From: Vitrella brassicaformis CCMP3155
Lineage: Eukaryota > Protista > Chromerida
Reading direction: 5' to 3'
Assembly (NCBI GenBank): GCA_001179505.1
Contig: CDMY01000786.1
Coordinates: 1-20,292, forward strand
Length of the DNA stretch: 20,292 bases
Position 1 is the stretch's first letter. Every line of letters begins with the position of its first letter. This document shows positions 1 through 8,628 of this stretch, piece after piece. Below the pieces are notes generated by a model. It made no database searches and had not been told where the DNA came from. It worked only from the letters and a program-made list of their open reading frames with translations. Made by a program: the position numbers and the translations under genes.

Positions 1-227
1 GGGAGACAGGCCGTGTGCATGCTTCTATGCATGTGCATGCTGCTAGTTTAGTGCGTGACCTGGACAGGATCCCCTCGGGGTTACAGACACGAGTCTCGTT
101 AAACACAATAACCAACCAACCAACCTCTCTCAGACGCTTCTCGCACCGCTCTCAGACGCTTTCCCCCCTCTTTCCCTGACCTCTGGGAGCGAAGAACGGC
201 ACGCCGTGAACCGTGACCGTGACGGAG

Positions 228-918
228 ATGAGCTACTCTGTTGACGCATTCACGAGTGAGTTGATATCGGGACCTCTGCCCAGCAGCATCTATTTGAAGC
301 TGGATCTGTGCTACAAAGTCGAGTACGAGCAGGAAGGGTGAGCGGAAGAGATCAATGGCCAAGCATGATGATCCCATGCAGCGGCATCCACATTTCCTTT
401 TTGGTGAGCAGTTACAGTCGCAAGGAGGGCCCCTGGGCTGAGGATCAAACGGTGACTTACGTGAGCTCCGCAGCAGCAGCCCGCCACATCGCTCGCGACA
501 AACTGCGCGAGAAACTGGGGTGGCACTCGCGCCTGCGCCTGGGGTGGCTGGGGAGCGACGAGGCCGACCTTGGGCAAGACGTGGTCGTCTTCAAGGACGA
601 GGCAGGCGGGTGCGTCTGGCGGGCCGTCTACAGGGACGACGTCCTCCGCGACGAAGACTACACCAAGCACACGGTGGCGGTCCACCAGCGCTACATGCCC
701 CAAGACAAGATCCAGCACGGTATTCGCGCTGCACTGCATGCAGTGAGTGGTGTTAAAATGGCTGGCTGCCACGGCGTGTGTGCGCGCATGTGCCTGTGTC
801 TTGCTGTCTTGCAGTGCCGGAGGTGTCTGAGGAGGGTTCGCTGTTCCAAAGGGAACGTGCGGGCCGCTGGGGCATCCAACCCGATGACTTCGATGAGTTG
901 GAGGAGGAGGATGACTGA
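228..918 (+). CDS. Hypothetical protein, 173 aa, 3 exons (228-337, 412-719, 815-918)
   Basis: ATG at 228 with an in-frame TGA upstream at 207. GT-AG introns join in phase (GG|gtgagc..cag|T; G|gtattc..gcag|TG). Spliced length is 522 nt, ending in TGA 916-918. Product runs MSYSVDAFTSELISGPLPSSIYLKLDLCYKVEYEQEG...GIQPDDFDELEEEDD*. No family recognised. Confidence 0.6.
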
Positions 919-1921
919 CAGACCGACAGGATGCTGGATGAATGACATGGATGGAGGTGCGGCAATGGGTCCGACGGATCAAGCAGAGGTGGATGTGACA
1001 TCGAGATGGGGGAGGGAGGGAGGGAGGGAGGGACAGTCTTTTGTAGTGCCGGCTGGGCATTGTGTGCATTTCATGACGTCTCTTATGCGCAGAGAGAGTG
1101 AGGCATCCGAGGCCGTTTATGCCTCGGGGCGTGGATGAGTGAGCGTGTTTGTGTGTCTGTATTGCGGGATGGACCCAATAGTGTCTTCAGGTAGGTGGTG
1201 TCAGTGTTCATGCTGGCTACGGCGGTTCATCCCGACTTGACGCATTTATGGCGTCATGCGTGTGTGTCATCTGTGCGGCCGCTTGTGTTTTTTTTTGCCT
1301 CTCTATCCCTGTGTGTCTGGTGCGCTCCTGCTATGCCGTGCCGTGTTGGTGTGATGGTGTTCCACGTGGTATTGCATGGTGTGTGCCCTTCTCGACGGGC
1401 GCAAAAACAGACAGACAGACGACAGTGAGAGGGGGCAACGCAGCCTGTGGTATGGTTCTGTGTATTTGTATCTTAGCCAGCGAGGCACTTGCCGGCGGTG
1501 TGTGAATGAATGTGTGTGTGTGTGTGTGTGTGTGTCGTGTGGCCGTATTGTATCTCTCTCGAGCGAGGTGCTGCTGCTGCCTGAGAGAGTGAGAGCTGCA
1601 TGAGATCTTTTTTCCCTCTCCTCCTCTTTCCCAGTCTACGTGTGTGTGTGCCGATGTACTCGTTTCTGTATCTGCCCGTCTGAGTGTTTTGTAGTGGTGC
1701 AGACAAAGAGATGACCGACACACTCATGGAAAGGACGAAAGGAAACAGACGTCAGCACTCGATAGGTTGTATGTAACACGCACACAACCAACGCGTCTTG
1801 TGAGTGAGTGGGTGGGTGATGGTGTGTGTCTGTGTGTGGGGTGGAGAGGCCAGCCAGTGACGTGTGGGTGTCTCGCCGCACAAGCGAGACGGCGAGAGTG
1901 AGGCTGCCTCTGGGTGTCATG

Positions 1922-1957
<36 letters not shown>

Positions 1958-2862
1958 TCTGCATGTGTGTGAATCGTACGTGCATCCGTACTCTACAGAC
2001 GTCTGGCTGTCTGTCATTCATACGCCATATGGATCTCTGTCTGTCTGTCTGTCTGTCTGTCAGTAGTGTAGCGATGTGTGGGTGCTGCCGCCTTTTTTTC
2101 TGGCTGTGTGTCCATGGAATGTTGTGCTGTCGAGTGGCGCGGGTGAGTGATCGAGTGAGACTCATGCCGTTCCGTCTGTCTGTCTGTGTTCCTTCCTGCG
2201 GACCGATCGGCCCATGGCTGTCTGTAAGTAAGGTGGGAGGGAGGGAGGCGTGTGTGTGTCTATGTGACGGTGATTTCTCGTGGCCCTGTCTGCTCGTCTG
2301 TTGTGCGTTGATCAACATGGATGGCAATTCTGCGTGTGGTGCCTGCCATATGGACACAACTCGACTGCGCTGCTCTTTCTCTTCACTGCGACACCTGTAT
2401 GTCTGTGTCATGTCAGTGTGGTGTTGTGATTGAGACCTATGACACATCAATTTTGATACTCGCTCGCCAGGATTAACTTGGGATCAGCGTTGAGCAATGC
2501 ATATGCAACACACGACGCCTGCGGCAGGCAGGCACACCACATATACCCGAGAGTCCCACAGATATATGCACTCATCCGTCATTCATTCATTCACTCATAC
2601 CCACGTATCAAGTCAATCAAACGCACGCAGTCCATCCACCCACCCATCCATCCGACGCTTGCCACCTACACACACCTGCCGGCCTTCCCCTCTGCAGCTA
2701 TGCAGTGTCTGTCCGCCATTTCTGTATGTACAGCTAGCCAGTCCACTGTCAGTCAATCAGTCAGTCAATCCACACACCGACCCCACAGACAGACGCTCCA
2801 CAGCCAACCACGCTCTGCTCTGCTCTACCGCCCGCCCCAATCAATCAATCAATCAATAATAA

Positions 2863-5193
2863 TCAGATCTCTTCCTCCTCATCCTGATGTGCCCACACAG
2901 CGTCGAACGCCTCGTCGCTCCCCAGCCATCCCGACAACCCATACACACACACCTCCTCGCCCGACACATCAACACCAACACCAACACCAACACCAACACC
3001 ACCCCCCTCGCTCAACCGCACCCACTCTCCGTTGCTATCGTCACCTCCCCTCCTCCCCATGACCTCACACCGTTTGCCTTGCTCCGCATCTGCAGCGCTA
3101 GATCGGCACACGACTGACAGGGGGACGGGTGTGTGAGCCGCTGGGAGGTATCGCCAGTGGGGGGACGGCTGCATGCAATGGAACAGCAAGCAAACCAAGC
3201 GAGTCACCATTGCTCCATGCCATTGCGCTCGCTACTGACCTCACCTCGTGTGTGCGATGCCAGTTGAAGTCCATGACCCTCTGCCATGTAGGTCGGGAGG
3301 AGGAAGAAGGCACACCACCACCAGCTGCTGCATGGTGGCCCCACGTCGCTGCCGCTTCCTCCCTGTGTGCTGTGGAGGGGATCTCCCTGTCTGCTGCCGT
3401 CATCTCTGGCAACCTGCACGTCTGAGGGCATCCATCAAGACAGACAGATATGGGTGCGGACTGGACAGGGGGCGAGTGGCTATGGTGTAGGCAGGTCTTT
3501 TCAGCCCACCTGCATCTGCTGGGCGTGCTCCGGGTAGGCCAGGTCGAAAGGCGCGAACAAGATGTGCTCACTCCTGCGGTGCGGTCGGCGCAGTGCACAG
3601 ACACGAGAATGAATGAATTCGGCTGTGCCTGCTAAGTGGGCGTGGCGTGGCGTGGCGTGCCTTTCAATGACAGGTGGCGAGACGGAGAAGAGGTGAAAGG
3701 CGGATCGGTGGGCGTCGTGGATGCGCACCTGATCAATCAAGGGAAGCGAACACGTGTGCGAAGCGAATGCCTCGAGGGAGACGATGCCTCGAGAGAGAGA
3801 GAGAGAGAGAGCGTGCAGATTGAGCGCGTCCCCCACCCCACCTGTCTAGCCGCTGCGGTAATGGCGCATCTTTCACAGCCATATATCAACACGGACGACT
3901 GGACGGCACCCAGCCTGAAGACCAGACAGACAGAACAGACAGAACCACTGGGACTTGTACGCACCTGTCGTGTGTGTGTTGTCTTCCTTCCCGTGGGACC
4001 CTCCCTTGATTGGTCCCTCCCTCCCTCACCAGACTCGGCATTCAGTGATGTTGCGCATCCGCACCGCCCCCAGCTGGTCCAGCACCATCACGATGCACCC
4101 TGACTGAACAAACAAACACACACACAAACAAACAACCACAACACCATACGAACGCCATGACGCAGACAAACAATGAGTGCGATGCGATGCGAGCAGGTTG
4201 ATCCGGCCCCGAAGCGAAGTGCTGACTGACCAGGTTCTCTAGCGATAGGTCCTTCCCCCCACAGCTGCCAGGACCCAGCAACACCCTGCACGACACAACC
4301 AGGTGGTGGCGTGGCGTGGCGTGGCGTGGCGTATCCTTTTCCTCACTCATTGGCCCACCTACCCCTCCCTGTACCTACCGGTCATTCGTGAGGTTCTCCA
4401 GTGCCAGGTTGCCCACCTGGGCCTGTAGCCGCGACAACCGTGCCGCTGCATCCTCAACTATGCCACCCTCACCGTCACCGACACCCACACGGCCATTCCT
4501 CTCGTCCTTGGTGCCTGTCAGCCCATCATCACGACCAGCAGCAGGCCGGTCCCTCTGCTGCTGGTCACGGTTATCTGGTGCTCCGGTGGGCTGAGCGGTT
4601 GGCGGCGGTGCTGCGGTAGCGGGAGTGGCTGTGGCTGTGGTAGTTTTCTTCTTGAAGGTGAATTTCTTGCGGCCGGCTGGTGTCTGGCGAGTGAGGCGAG
4701 CCACCTGGTCGCCCAGCGACGTCAGCTCCTGAGCAGAGCAATCAATACATATACACCAACCAAACACAGACAGCAACAGATCTCTCGTCGGTGATGGGAT
4801 GGTGTTTGTGCGTGTGTGCGTGTGTCAGTCTTGCCTTGCCTTGCCTGTTGATATCTCTGTCTGTCGTATGTGGGCAGCAGGCTGGAGATCTTGTTGAGGC
4901 CGTCTTCCAAGCCGCTCAGACTATTCTGCAGGGTGGTGGAGACCTCCGCTGAGCGAGAAGCGCTGCGCAGATGCTCCTCGACAGCTGCACGAACCATGCC
5001 ATGGCAACAACGGCAGGGCAGCAACACAACAGACACACACAGCAGCACAGCAGATACAGACAGCATTCATCACTCAGCACTCATGTGCCATGCCATGATG
5101 CAGCGCACCGCTCTTTTCGTTTTGGAACCGCGCGGCGAAGTCGCGTATGGCGGCGTCATCGTCCGCCTTCACAGCAACCTCGACATCATCCAT
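2863..5193 (-). CDS. TBCC: Tubulin-specific chaperone C (tubulin-folding cofactor C). Exons approx 5193-5109, 4984-4845, 4728-4379, 4285-4227, 4099-4030, 3914-3842, 3728-3661, 3573-3510, 3421-3245, 3168-2863
   Basis: The spliced product has the TBCC N-terminal helical bundle (RDFAARFQNEKSAVEEHL...LLPTYDRQRYQQEL...RKKFTFKKK). It also has the C-CAP/cofactor-C beta-helix (KDLSLENLVRCIVMV...WLGAVQSSVLIYGCERCAITAAARQVRIH...PVIERSEHILFAPF...WQRVMDFNW...PSPHWRYLP). All exon phases are consistent. The start (5193 vs upstream ATGs at 5289/5313) and the extreme C-terminus are less certain. Confidence 0.9.
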
Positions 5194-5272
5194 CTCTGTC
5201 TTAGCTTGCAGACAGAAATTGTAGAACCACCTGCCTGTAATTTCTGAACACGCAGCGATTGAGGAGCGTGAA
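5194..5272. promoter_or_regulatory. Putative compact bidirectional promoter region between TBCC and the secreted SBP gene
   Basis: Only 79 nt separate the divergent ATGs. Contains an inverted repeat CAGAAATT (5213-5220) / AATTTCTG (5239-5246). Confidence 0.45.
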
Positions 5273-5809
5273 ATGAGGGCGGGCTTCATCCTTTCCCTCT
5301 CCCTGTCGGCCATCTTACGTGCACCATGCCAACAGCAGCAGCAGCAGAATCAGCAGCAGCAGCAGCAGAATCGCCGCACGAATCAAGATGCCCACCAGCC
5401 TCAGCCTGTGGACCCCGACAAGGAGCACGAGAACAGCGTCAACGATGTGGCCGAATGGTACGGCCTCCCGCCATTCCCGCCACACGACACCCAGCACAAG
5501 CCGCCCAGGAACCAAGTGGCCAAGGCGGGCAGCTCACTCGCCTCACCCAGACACACCGTCCTGCAGGGCGTCGGGTGAGCCGAGCGAGCAATGGAACAGA
5601 TGGACAGACAGACAGACAGACGCTACAGCCTGTGGTGTGGTGTGGTGTGCTCACACCACGTATTGTGTGGAGTGTGGTTCAGTAAGCTTCAGTGTGCCCC
5701 GAAGAATTCGCCGTGCAGTGCGGACCTGCAGTGCTGCTCGAGGGTGTGCAATGATGAAGTCTGTAAGTGGTTAACAGATGGATGGATGGATAGATGGATG
5801 GACTGCATG

Positions 5810-5846
<37 letters not shown>

Positions 5847-7792
5847 TATGTGTGTGTGTGTGTGTGTATGTGTGTATGTGTGTGTGTGTGTGAAGGCTAC
5901 GGTGCTCCATGGGGTCGGCACTATGCATCCGAGGAAGGCGAGCCGTTCACAATCGAGGACCTGCCCCCCGCACCAAACAGCACCACACACGACAGCACCA
6001 GCAAAGGAGCCCACGACATGGACAAAGACAAACAAGAGCAAATCAGAGAGGTGGGCTGTTCCGCCCTGTATGTGGATGGGATGATTGGTGTGGTGGATGG
6101 TGTGGTGTGCAGGTGATAATCCCCGACCCTGTGGTGGCTTCCCTGCCGTCCGTACCATTAGAGAAGGACACCCCCGACACACGTGCGGCCGGGCTGCGTC
6201 AGCTGCACAAGAGCGTCAACGTGGCCCTGATGGGGATCCTCACCCAAGGCAAGGCCCACGGCAAGTTCCTGCGCAGCTACATGACCTTCTTCGACAGACA
6301 CCCACGTAACCCGGAGGTCGAAAACCTGATGGACGAGCAGCAGGGGAAGGACAACATGGACATCGACAGTGGGCAGAACGTGACGCTTTCCTACTCGCTC
6401 TCCCGTTTCATGCCCTCCACCTTCTCCCTTGCCGGACGCCCACGGCTCTCCGCAGCCCTCCTGCGCGCATGCCCGCCCGTCAATCCCGACAACGTCGCAC
6501 GGCTGACGTACCCACCGAGGAAGGCCCTCACCGGGCGCATGAAGCGCATCGTGGATAGCGGCCGGCTGCGGGTGGCGGGGCACTTTGGCACGCCGCCATT
6601 GGCCTTTCTGGTGCCGCACAAGGCGGACGGGAGTGCGTTGGCGAAGAAGAGTGTCGACGCGGCCACGGAGGGTCTGGGGGTGTGGGGGTTTGAGGTGGGG
6701 CTGGCACAGGCGATTGCTCGGGAGTGGAGCGAGGCCTACAACGCCACCATTGATGTGGACTTCAGTGTGGTCAAGGGCAAGAGGGCTATCATGACCAAGA
6801 TGAGAAGCGTCACACCCCTGCAGGTCAGGTGAACGAACAAAGAGACCGCTAGAAACAAAGAAACAAACCCAGCAGACACACACAGAGATGGATATCCCCC
6901 CCTCCCTCCCTCTCTCTGTTTGTGGTTGTGGTTGTGTGTGCCGTGGGGCGGGGCGGTGCGTGGTATGGACAGTCGAGTCTGCAGGCCGACACAGCGGATT
7001 TGACTCTAGGAGGTCTGCGTCTGCTGTCTCAGGCGCAGCAGGACCGCCTGGACGTCCAGGCCACGTGCCCCTTCCTCAAGGGGCCGGCGGGCCTCGCACT
7101 GCTGCTCTCGCCACAATACAAGTAAATAAGTGACCCGGCTGCAGACTGATGGACACAAACCACACCATAGCAGCCGGCCCTCTGTCTGCCCTTCTGTGTA
7201 TGCATCGCGAGCAGGGAGGCTCATGGCTACATCAGTGAGGCGCTGGTTGCGTCTCAGAATTCGACTGACGGCGAGCTGGTGGTGGAGCGGCTCAACAGGA
7301 CAGGCATGACAATGGGAGTCGTCAACGAGGAAAGCTACGAATTCCACCTACTCAAGGCCATACTACCGCACGTCAGTAATCCCCCGCCGCCCCCCGACAG
7401 ACACAGACACGTTTGCAGAGAGAGAGAGAGACGCAGAGGCTCCATGCAGCATGATTGCCCGTGGTGTGGTGTGTATGTGCAGCTGCGTGTTGATGCGTAT
7501 GCCAGCGGGAGTGCGATGCTCGAGGCCCTGTCCGCAGGGGCCATCGATGCAGCAGTGGGGGAAATCACAGCTCTATCCACTTTGATCAAGGTAGTACAGT
7601 GTGTGTCCCTCGTGTGTGTCACATGACGTGATGTGTGTCCCTCCCTCCCTTGTGTGGTGTGTGCAGCTGGAGGTGGAGGAGAAGGACAGGATATGTCCTC
7701 GTAAGGACTGTCGGCAGAACCTGCTGCTGCTGCCGCCTCTCGCAAAACGCAACGACGTGCCCTACGCCTTCTACATGGCACACCTCGGATGA
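5273..7792 (+). CDS. Putative secreted protein, 591 aa, 8 exons (5273-5574, 5683-5762, 5896-6050, 6113-6823, 6985-7121, 7215-7371, 7483-7590, 7667-7792): signal peptide, polyQ, cystine-knot motif, family-3 periplasmic solute-binding (PBP2/PBPb-like) domain
   Basis: N-terminus MRAGFILSLSLSAILRAPC resembles a signal peptide. The exon 2/3 junction gives CAPKNSPCSADLQCCSRVCNDEVC. The C-terminal half has SBP-family-3-like segments: RIVDSGRLRVAG..TPPLAF, GFEVGLAQAIA, ADLTLGG..DRLD...PF, MTMGVVNEESYEFHLLK, YASGSAMLEALSAGAIDAAVGE. Spliced length is 1776 nt, in phase throughout. Confidence 0.75.
5329..5368 (+). repeat. (CAG)n polyglutamine-coding tract
   Basis: CAACAGCAGCAGCAGCAGAATCAGCAGCAGCAGCAGCAG encodes QQQQQQNQQQQQQ. 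Confidence 0.9.
5811..5892. repeat. Compound (CT)n-(GT)n intronic microsatellite, representative of many in the window
   Basis: Directly visible dinucleotide runs inside the intron 5763-5895. Confidence 0.95.
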
Positions 7793-8628
7793 GAGAGATG
7801 ACCGACGGGACGGATGTCTCCTGAGACACCCCCAGCGACCATGTGGTCTGTGCGGTCGCATCTGTAGCTCGGTGAGTGACTTTTGTGTGCGTAGCGGTAG
7901 CGTAGCTAGGCCCCTCCCTCCATCCCTGTCGGCCAAAACGGTCCCTACCCTGTGTGTGCGTCACTTCGCGCCCATGTGAGTGACTTTCTCCTCCGTCGCG
8001 TGCACAGAATCACATTGGGGCTAGCTAGATGATCGAGGGTGCTCAATTCGTGAGTGAGATAGATTCCTTTCTCTCTCTCTCTCTTGTCTCAGTACCTACC
8101 TACCGCACACACCGGTTTTCAACCTGCCTGTCTTGTTTGTCGGTCTGTCTGTCTATCTGTCTGTTTGCCTGCCTGAATGGACGAGCGTCTAATTACTTCC
8201 GCGAGAGGGGTCACCGGGTGGGTTCGGCGTCATGGATAGAAGCACGCAGCCATGACGCACGCCGAATGAAGACGCGCTAAGCTTGGGGCGGGTGGGCGAT
8301 TCTTTTTCGTTCGTTTGTTCCTTGATTGATGCCGACTGACTGACTCACTCGCTGGCTGCCAGTGCTTGACAGACAATTAATGCGATCGAGTGACTACGCA
8401 CCCGCCGTATTTGTTTGTGTGAGGGTACACTCAGTGGCTTCCCTTACTTACTTGAGGCAGTCAGTGTGTCACATATATAGATATACATACCATTGATTTG
8501 ATGTCGGTGTCTGTCTGTCTGATGCGTGCAGTGCAGTGCAGCATGCTGCAAAAACACCACAGACAGACAGACACCGACATGCAACACAGACAGACAGACA
8601 CGTCTACTCTGAATCATCCATCGGTCAT

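Noticed and set aside
14-40. Clustered TGCATG motifs resembling apicomplexan ApiAP2 sites (TGCATGCA)
   Set aside because: The same motif recurs throughout introns in this window, so there is no positional enrichment.
127-161. 13-bp direct repeat CTCTCAGACGCTT with a 22-nt period upstream of the orphan gene
   Set aside because: Only two copies in a probable UTR. It is not a CRISPR-like array or a transposon end.
311-1069. 252-aa minus-strand ORF, and similar long ORFs such as 8631-9026 (+), 2478-3062 (+), 6158-6883 (-)
   Set aside because: These are antisense shadows of GC-rich coding exons or microsatellite translations (HTHT, CVCV) with no recognisable motifs.
920-2862. Possible extra gene in the spacer between the convergent genes (ORFs 1864-2433 and 1917-2450; donor-like cag|gtaggt at 1190)
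   Set aside because: The region is dominated by simple repeats, and I could not build a coherent in-phase exon chain.
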